The notes under the pieces were generated by a model, which ran no database searches, was not told the origin of the DNA, and saw only the letters and a list, made by a program, of their open reading frames with translations. A stretch of 62,981 nucleotides of DNA, filler included, from Stramenopiles sp. TOSAG23-3 (lineage: Eukaryota): assembly GCA_900128585.1 (NCBI GenBank). It is 8 parts of 8 records of this genome, joined end to end, with 100 filler letters (N's around TTAATTAATTAA, not from the genome) between each part and the next. Parts side by side here need not be neighbours in the genome. Positions count along the whole stretch, not along the records: positions 23,099 to 34,528 come from LT642740.1; positions 34,629 to 46,034 come from LT642741.1; 6 more parts are not named here. One strand, 5' to 3'. Made by a program: the position numbers and the translations under genes. Below are positions 30,667-41,717 of this stretch, piece after piece; positions within the stretch are counted from its first letter, which is position 1, and every line of letters begins with the position of its first letter.

Positions 30667-32502
30667 TCACTTCCGGGCCTGTCTGCGATACGCCTGGAAC
30701 CTTTCGATAGAACGTTCGCTTCGAATGGTATCGATTTTCCGAAACCTTGCGACGAAAAAACCTATCGTGTCGTCCTTGCCATGAGGATTGAAGCGACGGA
30801 CCATATTGCACTGGGCACTTGTCAAACCGTGCCCTTCCAGCCCCCGCTCCCCAAGCCTGCACGTAGGTTCAGGAAGCGGAATGAGTTCAAGCGGGTACTG
30901 CTCCAGCGTGTTCGCAACGACGACTTCGTTTTCCAACGGGTTGAACGTGCAGGTACTGTAGACCATCGAGCCGCCCGGTTTTAACAGAAAAGCAGCAGTA
31001 AACATAAGGCTCTCTTGCTGGCTTTTAATTCCTTTCAGGTCACCCAGCGTGAAGTCTTGAGCCAGCCGTGGGCGCAACCCGAGTGCAGAGCACGGCCCAT
31101 CCAGCAACACCTTGTCAAAGGTCTCGGCAGGAAACCCCCGTATTCTCACCACGCTGTCCACGTCACCGTCGGCTTTTCGTTTCGCACTCTCGCGCGAGGC
31201 AGCGTCCCCCATAATTTCTTCGACAGTATGAAACAGTTTTGTCGGCTTCTGGCCACGGGAATTGTGCTTCTTCTTCTTGCTCGCCTTAATGGCTTTGCAT
31301 CGCTCCAGGGCAGGGTTGTGCTTTCGCAACGCCTTCGGCTTCGGCCTGGACCGGCGAGCGGACATCGACGGAAACCACTTTGCCATGCCTACAGTCAGGC
31401 CCAGCGCAAGCCCAAGGTGCGGGCCGTCGTCGCAAAGCTTCGGATCGGGCACTAAATTATGCCATTCCGCTGAGGGTTCTTCCGCTTGCCCCGCTTCTTC
31501 GCCCTCCCCCACTGCTGCGCAGCCGTTGCCCGCAGGACTGGGAGCCCCTCCCGAGTTCTTGGGCAACACTGCATTCGTGGAATCGGCGTAAAATGCTCGG
31601 ACAATCGTAATCCCCAATCGTCGACACAACTGTTTGATTCGCGCAACTTTGTTGTAGGACCGGTCCAAAGCCACCACAAGACCTTTGTTGTTCATTAGCT
31701 GCGCAAGGTGAGACGTTTTCCCCCCGGGGGCGGCACAGAGGTCGATGACGGTATCGTTTTCAGAAGGGGCCAAGGCGTGGGCCGCGATGGCAGACGGTAA
31801 GTTCTGCATAAAAATGTAGTTGGGAAGCACCCCGTTCATGGAGGGTGCGTCCCGTCCCCAACGTTCTACGACCTCAATCCCGAGTCCAGACGGCATTCCT
31901 GTGAACACCAAGCGACGATCCATCTTAAGGACACCAACACCAACAAAAACGACCCTGTTCTTCAAAAAGTCACCCACGGGAGAGCCACGAACGACACGAC
32001 ATTCGTTCTGCTCCAGCAGCGCCAAAATAGTCACGGTGCTCCCTTCCGTTTTGCAGCCTTTCGACAGGCTCAAAATCCCTTTCGCGTATATGTCGCTGCC
32101 CCTTAACACTGCTTCCGCGCACCGCCTGTCGACGATTGCGTGGTACCCCGGCAGGGTGGACGGATTTGGAAAACCAGGCGCCGGAAGGGCGCTGGGAACT
32201 ACTATGATGTCCTGCAACAGTCCGTGAAGTTTCGCGGAGACGGCCGGCCGCCCTGTTCGCAACAGCCTAGAGTTAAACTCCGTGAGCGCAACGTTCACGT
32301 GCCCCAAGGCCTCCTTCGCCGTCGTCGTCAGGGTATTTACACGCAGCGCCGTGTATTTCGGAGCCATCGCCAGCTTTTCTCGAATCATCTGGTATTCTTC
32401 GGCACCAAAGCATTCTTTAAAATACGAAGCCGTGCTTTCTGGAAAACTAGCCACGTTTCGGAGCGGTATATCGCGGGAACCGGCGGCTACCACGCTCGCC
32501 AT
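30667..32502 (-). CDS. NSUN6: RNA m5C methyltransferase, NSUN6-like (PUA plus RsmB/NOP2)
   Basis: CAEAVLRGSDIYAKG (PUA), QNLPS, DLCAAPGGKT, LLDGPCSALGLRP, YSTCT..ENE, IGFFVA. Confidence 0.9.
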   Translation of the reverse strand: MASVVAAGSRDIPLRNVASFPESTASYFKECFGAEEYQMIREKLAMAPKYTALRVNTLTTTAKEALGHVNVALTEFNSRLLRTGRPAVSAKLHGLLQDIIVVPSALPAPGFPNPSTLPGYHAIVDRRCAEAVLRGSDIYAKGILSLSKGCKTEGSTVTILALLEQNECRVVRGSPVGDFLKNRVVFVGVGVLKMDRRLVFTGMPSGLGIEVVERWGRDAPSMNGVLPNYIFMQNLPSAIAAHALAPSENDTVIDLCAAPGGKTSHLAQLMNNKGLVVALDRSYNKVARIKQLCRRLGITIVRAFYADSTNAVLPKNSGGAPSPAGNGCAAVGEGEEAGQAEEPSAEWHNLVPDPKLCDDGPHLGLALGLTVGMAKWFPSMSARRSRPKPKALRKHNPALERCKAIKASKKKKHNSRGQKPTKLFHTVEEIMGDAASRESAKRKADGDVDSVVRIRGFPAETFDKVLLDGPCSALGLRPRLAQDFTLGDLKGIKSQQESLMFTAAFLLKPGGSMVYSTCTFNPLENEVVVANTLEQYPLELIPLPEPTCRLGERGLEGHGLTSAQCNMVRRFNPHGKDDTIGFFVARFRKIDTIRSERSIERFQAYRRQARK

Positions 32503-32986
32503 GGCAAAGGGCTGTACCGTCTCTTTCTGTTGAACTGATCGCCGGGACAAAAGAAGGCCGGCAAGAACTCTGGGAGAAGATAATGATTTAAAAAAAATAT
32601 AATTAGGACGTAAATGAATGCATTTCTCACTTCGTATAAATTATATATATACAAAGAAGTGTGGCAATAATATTTTAAACTGTATTATTTTTTTATAATA
32701 CTTGTTGGTAATATAAAATTCACGTGGTGGTTGGTGGTGTGTCGTGCCGAAGAGCGGCGAGAAGAGGACGAGGAGACAGCAGGAGAATGAAAAAAGGTCG
32801 GAGTGAGAAGCAGCAGAGACAATAACAAATAACAAATAAAATAACAAACGAAAAAACAAAAAGAAAAAATTAAGTAAATACAGCACGGGTACTTTGTCAT
32901 CATGGGCATATATTTTAGGACCCCCCATCGGCGACATCGGTGTTCAAGTGTGATACTTTAAACTTCTGTGTTTTTGGACGACTAGT

Positions 32987-34528
32987 TTATGAAAGAAGGT
33001 TCGTCTCCATCTTCTGTACCAAGAGATCGTCAAAGGTTTGAACGGTAATTGCGGAATCGATGCTGATCGTCTGCGTTGGATCGGTTGTACAACCATCTTC
33101 TTCCTGATCCACTTCACCTTCTTCTTCCTCCTCCTCCTCCTCCTGTCCCTCGCCCAACCCTGTGACCAACTCGTAAACGGCATCTTCGCTCAGTTGCCCA
33201 ATGCTCAAGTTTGCTTTCTTCAAGGCTTTTTCAAAAAAATTGCTAATGATCTTAATATCCCTTCGCAAGTACTGCAATGCCTTTGGGTGTTTTACGTCCA
33301 CCGCTTGGCCTACGTCGATTACGTAAAGCTCGTGCTTGCTGACGAGCAAATTATACTCTGACAAGTCTGCATGAACGAGTTTACAGTTTTGATAAAGGTT
33401 TTTGATCAAGGCAATTACCTTGATGTAGTACCTGCGTAATTTCTTCGGTGTCCACTCCCGAACTTCTTTCAGTTGCTTTGCGGCCCTACCGTTCGTGTGG
33501 ATCAAGCTCATTACCAACATGGAATCAATCACAGAGTATGCTTTTGGGCAACATATGCCGGCCTTTTCCATTCGTTTGTAATTTCGAAACTCCTTCTCCG
33601 CCCATATTTTCAAAGCTGCCGTGTATTTTTGGTTTGAAAAATTCGAGCTGTGGTACCGGGGGTCGCCCTCCACGTAATCCGACCTATTTTGAAAGTCAGA
33701 CAGGGTGGTAAAGTACAGCTTCACGGCCAGATACTTTTTCTCTCGTACGGTGGCACCCCCCTCGTCCTTCGTTTGGACAGAACCTGGTTCTGTCGGCATT
33801 CCGGCCCCGTACGCAGAGCATACACACGCCTCTTTCCCCTGACGAATTACATTGCTGACAAAATCCAACGCCCCTCGGTTGATCAGCTTCAGTATCCCAC
33901 GTCTAGTTCGGGCGTCAAACGCCCCATTTTTTGTCTTGCGCATTTCGACAGCATTTCGACCCCCAAACCCTCGCCCGTTGGCCTTGGCTTGCTTCTTCAT
34001 GAATTCGTTGATGCTGTTGTAGACAGAGTTAGTCAGCGTTGTGTCCTCCGACAATTGCCCTAAATTAGAAGACATGGTGTTCTTCTCTAACCTCTTCATG
34101 TTCCGTCTCCCACTCACTTTCGCACTGTGCTTGTTAATGTCGCTTGCAACGAACTTTGTTTCATCTTCGCCGTCCTCGTACCATTCGTCAACGTAGTCCT
34201 CGTCCGCCTCCCTTTCCAGCCCAGTCGGCGCCGCCAAGTCCGTCGCAAACCGCAACTTTGAGCTGCCCATTCTCCGGTTCGACTCCTTCGCGGCCTGCTC
34301 GTGCGCTTCTTGCCCCTTCAGCTGCTCCTCTAACTGTATCGCTTTTGCCAAATTCTCGTCATCTTTAGTGTTGGGCGTGACATTCACCACGTTCTCGTCG
34401 CTGTCTTCAAGCATCATATTTTTCGCCTCGTCGACAGAGATAACCCCCTGGTCAACAAGCTGCTGCAAATCGTTCGACAGGGGCACAGAGGTCGCCTTCG
34501 TTTCGTTCTCGGCCCTCCCCTCGCCTGT
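32987..34528 (-). CDS. RIO-family atypical kinase (RIOK3-like), 5'-partial
   Basis: GKEACV, WAEKEFRN, LVHADLSEYN, IDVGQAV; upstream KHSAKVSGRRNMKRLE is RIOK3-like; frame is open to the contig end. Confidence 0.88.
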   Translation of the reverse strand, partial: TGEGRAENETKATSVPLSNDLQQLVDQGVISVDEAKNMMLEDSDENVVNVTPNTKDDENLAKAIQLEEQLKGQEAHEQAAKESNRRMGSSKLRFATDLAAPTGLEREADEDYVDEWYEDGEDETKFVASDINKHSAKVSGRRNMKRLEKNTMSSNLGQLSEDTTLTNSVYNSINEFMKKQAKANGRGFGGRNAVEMRKTKNGAFDARTRRGILKLINRGALDFVSNVIRQGKEACVCSAYGAGMPTEPGSVQTKDEGGATVREKKYLAVKLYFTTLSDFQNRSDYVEGDPRYHSSNFSNQKYTAALKIWAEKEFRNYKRMEKAGICCPKAYSVIDSMLVMSLIHTNGRAAKQLKEVREWTPKKLRRYYIKVIALIKNLYQNCKLVHADLSEYNLLVSKHELYVIDVGQAVDVKHPKALQYLRRDIKIISNFFEKALKKANLSIGQLSEDAVYELVTGLGEGQEEEEEEEEGEVDQEEDGCTTDPTQTISIDSAITVQTFDDLLVQKMETNLLS

Positions 34529-34628
34529 NNNNNNNNNNNNNNNNNNNNNNNNNNNNNNNNNNNNNNNNNNNNTTAATTAATTAANNNNNNNNNNNNNNNN
34601 NNNNNNNNNNNNNNNNNNNNNNNNNNNN
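34529..34628. other. Artificial contig linker
   Basis: N44-TTAATTAATTAA-N44. Confidence 0.98.
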
Positions 34629-36032
34629 TCCCGGGCAAATGATGAAAAGCGAAGTAAAATAAGAAAAATGCAGGCCATGTTGGAGACGGCGCAAAAGCAA
34701 GTGTCAGAGGAGGAGGACAAAGTGGATGCGTTGAAGGAAATGTTAGAAAGGGAGCGAGAGCGCCACGGCCGCCATGTCGCCGAGCTGGAGCGCCACCATA
34801 GTGAACTGTTAGAGACAAAAGTTAAAGAGCGCGTGGAGGATGCAAAAGCGGAGGCGCAGGCACAAATGGAGTCGATGAAAAAGAAGGTGGAGGAGATGCA
34901 GGCTGTTTTGAAAGCGGAAATTACACAGCGTCGTAAACTTCACAACAAAGTAATGGAGTTTGAAGGAAACATACGAGTGTACTGCCGACTCCGTCCCCCG
35001 AACAAAATCGAGTTGAAGGCAAACGATGGCCAAGGGGAAATTGTTACCCAAGCCGACGATGCCACCGGCATAGTCTCCGTCAACGCATGTATACAAGGGG
35101 CCACCACAAGGAATGTAAATAGCAAGTTCGAGTTTGATTCCGGCTTTGCGCCGACGACGCCACAGTTGGACGTTTTTGATAGGGTTTCACCCTTTGTTAC
35201 CAGCGCCATGGATGGTTACAACTGTTGCATCTTTGCCTACGGCCAGACGGGGAGCGGAAAGACGCATACCATGCAAGGGCCAACGTCGGATCGTGGGGTT
35301 AATGTTCGTGCCCTGTACAAAATGTTTTCTGAAGCGCAACTGCGCAGGGACAATTTCGGCATTGAGTTTTCATTCCGCCTGAGCATGTGCGAAATATACA
35401 AGGAAGAAGTCTACGATTTGTTGGGAGAGCAAGGCGAGAATGGAATACGCCAGAGCATGAAACTGCGTCAGGGCGAAAAGAACCTGGTGTACGCCGAAGG
35501 GTTGACATTAATCCCGGTCGACGACGCCGAAAGCGTTGAAGCGATTGTGCAGCTAGGGCAGAAAAATAGAAGTGTGGGGTCGCATAATTTTAATGAACAT
35601 AGCTCCCGCTCGCATTTGGTTGTCACCGTCCACATAACCGCCTGGTCCAAAGCGTCCGAGTCCAGCAGCGACAAACCAAAGAAGAAGAGGCAGTCCCAAT
35701 TGAACCTGATCGATTTAGCGGGGAGTGAACGGCTTGAGAAAACCGGGGCATCCGGGGAACGGCTGAAAGAGGCACAGGCGATCAACAAAAGCTTGTCTGC
35801 ACTTGGCGATGTCATCGGCGCGCTTGGGCGAGGAGGGAAGCATGTCCCATACAGAAATTCAAAGCTCACTTGGCTGCTTAGCAGTTCGCTGAACGGAAGG
35901 TCCAAAGTGCTGATGCTCGTTTGCATCTCACCTACTCTGATGTGCACACCTGAAACACTGTGCAGCCTTCAGTTTGCACAGCGGTGCCGTGCGACAAGCC
36001 TTGGGAGAGCGAAAAAAAATGCAGCAGAGTGA
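34629..36032 (+). CDS. Kinesin-14 (C-terminal motor), 5'-partial
   Basis: Neck RRKLHNKVMEFEGNIRVYCRLRP, GQTGSGKT, NEHSSRSH, DLAGSE, HVPYRNSKLT. Confidence 0.95.
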   Translation, partial: SRANDEKRSKIRKMQAMLETAQKQVSEEEDKVDALKEMLERERERHGRHVAELERHHSELLETKVKERVEDAKAEAQAQMESMKKKVEEMQAVLKAEITQRRKLHNKVMEFEGNIRVYCRLRPPNKIELKANDGQGEIVTQADDATGIVSVNACIQGATTRNVNSKFEFDSGFAPTTPQLDVFDRVSPFVTSAMDGYNCCIFAYGQTGSGKTHTMQGPTSDRGVNVRALYKMFSEAQLRRDNFGIEFSFRLSMCEIYKEEVYDLLGEQGENGIRQSMKLRQGEKNLVYAEGLTLIPVDDAESVEAIVQLGQKNRSVGSHNFNEHSSRSHLVVTVHITAWSKASESSSDKPKKKRQSQLNLIDLAGSERLEKTGASGERLKEAQAINKSLSALGDVIGALGRGGKHVPYRNSKLTWLLSSSLNGRSKVLMLVCISPTLMCTPETLCSLQFAQRCRATSLGRAKKNAAE

Positions 36033-36100
36033 CGTATTAGTGCCATACAGTGTAAGTTTGCCATAAAATTATTTAACGAAAGTATATTAAATTAAGTTTT

Positions 36101-36125
36101 AAAAACAAGAAAATTGGCTGTTATT
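36101..36125 (+). repeat. 3'-flank element fixed end
   Basis: AAAAACAAGAAAATTGGCTGTTATT about 70 nt after the kinesin stop. Confidence 0.9.
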
Positions 36126-36392
36126 TTTATTATATTAAATCAGGGTTTTTCTTTCTAAAATAATAAAAAATGTGTGCAAAATACAAGCACTATATCTACT
36201 TTAGAATTACGGATTTAGGCAACCACAACACAAGTCTAGCCGATTGTTTCTAATTGTTAAGTAACATACTATATAATCATATTTTTCAATAAAATATTTG
36301 TGCTTTTTCAATAACAGCCAGAGTTGGTTTACAGCCCCATATTTTTTATACTTTTGTTTCATTGCTTTCATGCAGTTTCAAATTGTTTTACC

Positions 36393-37771
36393 CTAACGCC
36401 CTTCGCTAGGCACTATTTTGACGGGAACTACCTTCCTGTCTTTAGATTCCCGATGCATCTGGTTTATTTTTGCCAGCGAGACGTACAAGGTGCCGAACAG
36501 GCAAGCTACGCTTATGACAAAAAACAGTATGTCAAGGATAATAAGAAGCGAGCCAATACTATCCCGTTCACCGGAAGTGCTGGATGAAATCAGCACTATG
36601 GCACTTAAAAACTTAAACAATGTTGACAAAAACGACATTTGACATAGCCAGAAAACGACTCGGTTCTTTTGCGGCTGCAAGAAATTCAACGTACAGCAAG
36701 AGATACCACATGCCATCACTGCAACACTAGCTTGCAGCGCCGGTCTGTGCTGCAAGTAGATAATTACTCCTGTCAAAAACATTTTTCGAACAATTTCATG
36801 GACTTCCCACCCTTCACTGCCTTTTTTATAGTTAGAGTACAAAAATCCCACTCTGGCTTGTATTTGTCCGGAGTAGAGCTGAGATCTGTACGCATAAAAA
36901 TAACACCCCATGAAGAGAGGAAAGCCAATTGTGAACGAAGTTGCTATCAGCAGCACGTATGGCAAAAACGAGTTCCATTCCGACGCAAAGCATTGCATAC
37001 TGTAATCTTGTTTCAAAAAAGCATAGTCCACCTCAACTGTATGGCAATTAAAGTACTCAAAAACTTTTCTAGTCACAGGAGTGTGAAACAGCAAAAACAA
37101 TTGGACGGCTACGTTCAAAGCTTGGGAAGTAACTCTTTGGTTTCTCCACCACGACAGTAATTGGGGGCGATCTAGAGCCATGAGTCTTTCAGTGAATTTT
37201 TCTTCATTCATTTCCACAATTTTCTCCTTCTTCTGTTCGAATCGTAGAAGCTGGCTGTACTCCTTTTCGTCCAAAGTACCACTATGGTCTTGATCAATCA
37301 TGATGAACATCTCATGGGACACATCTTTGACTTCCTTTTCCGTGTTTCCCTGTCTTGAAATCACTTTCTTCCCTCGAAAGTATACCCATAGACCGATGAG
37401 GCAAGCAAATATGGGCAACAGTGACATGGTAAAAAAGCTTGTTGTGAAGTTGACACCTGGAAAACAGCTTGCACCACTCCAAAGCCTGAAATTGTAAACA
37501 GCCGCAACTTGTATGCATGACCTTCTTTTAAGTAATTGTTCCTGTAGAATGTAGTGTACCTTTCAGTGGTCTCATTGAACGTACCCGTTAAATTTAAAAC
37601 CCCATTATTGACCTCGACAGTAGAATCAAAAGGGCAAGACTCATTAAAAACTACATAGTTCCCAACAACGGGCATGTCATCACACCAGGACGCCTGCGAG
37701 ATCTGTACAGCCGCCAAGGCTGCTAGTAGCACCTGCCAGAAATTAAATCGAACACATATCAAAACAAGCAT
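36393..37771 (-). pseudogene. Signal peptide plus EF-hand plus multi-TM membrane protein, split over two frames
   Basis: 37771 ORF has a signal peptide; 37427-36393 ORF has DQDHSGTLDEKE, LKQDYSMQC, GFLYSNY and WEVHEIVRKMFLTG, typical of protist 7-8TM C-terminal modules; frames overlap near 37490. Confidence 0.6.
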
Positions 37772-37919
37772 TTTTTAAGCGACAATGGACGAGCTCTATG
37801 TTATTTCTAAAGAAAATCTCTGATTGCTTCGTGAATCCATTTCAAACCAAATGCATGTACTCTTTAACTATTATGCAACTTTCGCTACTTCTTATATTTT
37901 ATTGTACATTCTATATATA

Positions 37920-38080
37920 ACAAAAAAATAACCGATTTTTTTTTTACAAATGTTCGGTATAAATAATATATTAATATTATTTATACAGTTGTTCTTGACC
38001 GCACTTCTTCCTATACCGAACATTTGTAAAAAAAAAATCGGTTATTTTTTTGTCTAGGAAGTGCGGTCAAGAACTGTATA
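37920..38080. repeat. Interlocked inverted repeats (A-B-A'-B')
   Basis: Perfect 42-bp IR at 37920-37961 and 38012-38053; second IR at 37982-38012 and 38056-38080. Confidence 0.92.
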
Positions 38081-38482
38081 TTATTTTTATAAGAAGAGGA
38101 CACAGCTCGTGGCATTATAATAGACGCCTCGTATTTACCGTTGCTAGTAAGTAGTGTCAGACGACTACCAACAGTTTGTTAGATTAAACTTTTTTTTCGC
38201 TTCTATTTTGTTAATCTAGACACTATTTGTTTCATCATCATTATTCTTCATTACCAGGGTATTACCAAGGTAGCTACCACCGGTAATAAAAAAATAAAAA
38301 AATATGGGAAATTCAAAAGGGTTTGAGGAGGTATATTTGGTAGCTGGCATTTGCGTGAAACCAGTCTTCGCAAAAGCTTGGATCACTGTGGTGACTCGAA
38401 AAGCGTTGAATCATTCGAAATATTTAAACCAACGAACTGTTTTCAGACGACAAAAGACCCTTCCTTTACTCACCGATTTTAA

Positions 38483-39400
38483 ATGTTAAAACGGGTATTT
38501 TATGAGTTTGGGGTAATAAGTTTCATTTCGCACGTGTTGAAAGCTGCGGCGTTGCCGTTGGCTTTCACGCTTGTCTTGTACTTCTTTCGAACACCCCGCG
38601 AGGCGTCAGATAAACACAATGGAATGACTATTGTTGGTGGTACGGCAAAGTATGCGCTGAGGAAGACATGCACGTGCGATTGCTGGGACGGGCGTTTCAA
38701 AGGACCTTATGGACGAGGGCATTACAAGTCTATATTTTTCAACATGGAAGAGCAGACTGGATATATACTGACCAATGTTGTTGTGTTCTTTTCCTTCGGG
38801 GAAAAGGCGCTGTGGCGATTTTTAAAGCTGCTAAACGAGAAGAAAGTCCGCATTTCATCCGCAGTGATTCTTGCAGGGACTTTAATCCCCCTTTGGTATG
38901 GCATGTGGATGAATTTTAATTACATCAATGATCGATTTTACAAAATGTTTTACAGCCAGTTATTTTTCACGTTGACCGAGCTGGTCAGTGCCGGCCTGGC
39001 GATGCGCTTTTTAGATGGTTCAAACAAAGGCGACGTAGACGGTCCTGCGCCGAAGCTCGCAAAGGCATCGTGGACAATTATAATAATATGCATTGTACAC
39101 ATTATTCAATCAGGTGCCGACCAAATGGTGGACAACCTTATCCATGGGCATGTGGGCGATGGTCGTGGGTTAGGTACGAGGGATTTAGCATTTTTTCTGT
39201 GCGATCTGACACAGCTGTGTGCCGCTTCCTTTCAGCTCTACAAACTGCTAAAGTCTAAACGCGAACCCGAGAACCTGGATAAGAATGAGCAAACAAGCCG
39301 TTATGGAAAAAATCAATTCAGGAAGGAAGGGAAAATTGCATTTCTTGTTGCCATCGGATTGCTCGTGCATTTACAGTTTTGGGCGTACCATAAAACATAA
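38483..39400 (+). CDS. Uncharacterised multi-pass membrane protein with a CTCDCWDG motif
   Basis: 305-aa ORF with several hydrophobic helices; CTCDCWDGRFKGPY and NYINDRFY..FYSQLFFTLTE look conserved. Confidence 0.8.
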   Translation: MLKRVFYEFGVISFISHVLKAAALPLAFTLVLYFFRTPREASDKHNGMTIVGGTAKYALRKTCTCDCWDGRFKGPYGRGHYKSIFFNMEEQTGYILTNVVVFFSFGEKALWRFLKLLNEKKVRISSAVILAGTLIPLWYGMWMNFNYINDRFYKMFYSQLFFTLTELVSAGLAMRFLDGSNKGDVDGPAPKLAKASWTIIIICIVHIIQSGADQMVDNLIHGHVGDGRGLGTRDLAFFLCDLTQLCAASFQLYKLLKSKREPENLDKNEQTSRYGKNQFRKEGKIAFLVAIGLLVHLQFWAYHKT

Positions 39401-39409
39401 AGGATTTTT

Positions 39410-39529
39410 AAAGCAAGAGATTGGCTTTAAAGATTTGCTGTTATTTAAGTAATTAAAATATTATCTCTCATATATGTACCGCGAAAATGAATCTGCTCCT
39501 TTTGTGCAATTAAAGGTTTATACGTTCCT
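39410..39529 (+). repeat. 3'-flank element copy of about 120 bp
   Basis: Starts 10 nt after the stop; GCTGTTATTTAAGTAATTAAAAT..ATGTACCGCGAAAATGAATCTGCTCCTTTT..AAAGGTTTATACGTTCCT. Confidence 0.88.
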
Positions 39530-39798
39530 AAATTCTTTAGCTTATTATTAAAAGAGTAATTTCGGTGTTGAGCTGCATTTTTATTTTTTCCATGTACTCA
39601 AAAATTAAATCGATTTAATGTTTCATTTTTCTTTTAATCTAATGATGATGATGTGTGTACATGTAAGTGTAAGAATCTAAAGATACTTTTTTTATTTTAA
39701 AGATAAACCTGAATTAGTTTTTTTCCTTTTACGTATCATAGTCGTCTATATACTCCTCGTAATAACCAAAATAAATTTACCTTTCCGAAAGACCCTCC

Positions 39799-40638
39799 TC
39801 ATCTCTGGCAATAAATTGTAACTAGAAAACCACATAGAGGAACAACAAAACGGAAAACAAAACGTTTGATTTGTAAATGCCTCCTGGAAGATTCAAACAG
39901 TTGAAAATGATTGAGCAAAGCCAAAAACGCAACGTACAACCCAATGTAAACGATGCCACCCGGACCAAACTTTTCTATTACCTTTCCACACAATATGATG
40001 GGGAACGGAGTAAGCACCAGGCTATTGAAGGTCTTGCTTTCAAAAATGCGCGCAACCTGCAGAAAGCATCGTTTTTGCCGTTCTGCACGAATTTGAGCCA
40101 AATATTCTTCCTGTCGGCCCCAGCTTTCTGGTAGATGCTGAAGCGGTATACGCTTGATCATTTCCGCGTAAATTTTCCACTTAGTTTGGGCCCTGCACTG
40201 CTGGCACGACCATGTGACGCTCGAGTACGCAAACGGGGTTTCTTGGTACGTCCACATTGGGTGGGGAATGAACTGGCCATTCTGACACTCTTTACACGAA
40301 TACTTGAAACAGTAAGTTTGGCCCAGAAGACAAGGCTCGCATATTTTGTTTTCTTCGTCAACAATGACTCGAGGTTGGCGACAAACGCGACACTGGTCGA
40401 TCCTGTCGACGACGGTAGCCTCACCGTCGGCAGACAGGGTAAAGTACGAACGACAGCTTGGGCAACGGCCATACCCATCTGCGGAAACTATCTCAATGCA
40501 TGGGCGGCAATAGTGCATAGTGGATTCCTCTCTATGGCAACATGTCATGATGCACTCATTTTCTGAATCCTCGTAGCAAATGGTACAAGTAAAGCGCCCG
40601 CCTTCCGGCACAGCCATGTCACCCTCGCTTGTTGCCAT
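39799..40638 (-). CDS. RING-finger protein with extra CxxC pairs and C-terminal TM helices
   Basis: CTIC..CCH..HYCRPC..CPSCR, further CRVC, CEPC, CKEC and CQQC, hydrophobic C-terminus. Confidence 0.8.
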   Translation of the reverse strand: MATSEGDMAVPEGGRFTCTICYEDSENECIMTCCHREESTMHYCRPCIEIVSADGYGRCPSCRSYFTLSADGEATVVDRIDQCRVCRQPRVIVDEENKICEPCLLGQTYCFKYSCKECQNGQFIPHPMWTYQETPFAYSSVTWSCQQCRAQTKWKIYAEMIKRIPLQHLPESWGRQEEYLAQIRAERQKRCFLQVARIFESKTFNSLVLTPFPIILCGKVIEKFGPGGIVYIGLYVAFLALLNHFQLFESSRRHLQIKRFVFRFVVPLCGFLVTIYCQR

Positions 40639-41062
40639 AACGGTCGTGTGGTGGCTCGAACTTTTTTAGTTGCAGAAGAATTGCAGAAATATATGAATAC
40701 TTATGTTATTCAATAATACGCCGAAGTATGAAACCATTACTAATTTTGTTTCATATTTGACATACAACGATAATTCTACTTGGTTACTCCTTCTGTGATG
40801 ATTCTTGATTATGGTGGTTGGGAATTCATTCATCGTCTTCTTCTTTTTGTTGTTTTGTGTTGAGGAGAGTTTGATGATGATTGAGAGAGGAGATGATGAG
40901 ATGATGATGATTTTGATGTTGGATGATTCTTCTTGCTTCTTTTTTTCTTCTTCTATTTTATTATTTACTACCACCATGGTATTACAGGTATTATGCGTAG
41001 TATTAATAATACCGTAAAATATTATAGTCTATTTATTATTACAACATATCATAATATCATCA

Positions 41063-41312
41063 TCTTTTTCTCTTCTTCTTTTCTTCTCTTTTTTCTCTCT
41101 CTTTTTTCTTCTTCTTCTTTTTTTGTTTTTTCTTCTTCTTCTTTTTTTGTTTCTTCTCTTTCTTTTCTTTTTTTTTGTTTCTTCTCTTTCTCTTCTTCTT
41201 TTTTTTTGTTTCTTCTCTTTCTTTTTCTTTTTTTGTTTCTTCTCTTTCTCTTCTTCTTCTTTTTTTGTTTCTTTCTTCTTCTTCTTTTTTTGTTTCTTCT
41301 TCTTTTTTTGTT
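41063..41312. repeat. Polypyrimidine minisatellite, unit about T8GTTTCTTCTCTTTCTCTTCTTC
   Basis: Several degenerate units, each containing a T-run followed by GTTTCTT. Confidence 0.9.
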
Positions 41313-41717
41313 CCGTCGGTCGGGGGTGTGTTGGTGTGGAGATGTGGTCAGCGCGTCACATTCTTCTTCTTCACCACAACATTCAATCATCATCATTCAT
41401 CACACAATTAATTATAATAAAATTAAATATACAAATAGTGCTGAGTAACATATAATAATAAATGTAATAATAATTTTAATAATATTTTTATTAATAAAAA
41501 ATAATAAGAGTATTACTATGTAGTGAGAAGTACGAGGTAGTCGTCGTCCTTCTTCTGTATCTTAATAAGAGATCTTCTTTTCTTATAACCTATAGAACCG
41601 ACCGACCCTCTTTCAAATTCAAAGCAACCAACAACAACTGTCGTATTCCATATATGTACAATTTTTTGCAACGATATCTTTCTTGCATTTACAACACCTT
41701 CGTTTTTTCACAAAGAA

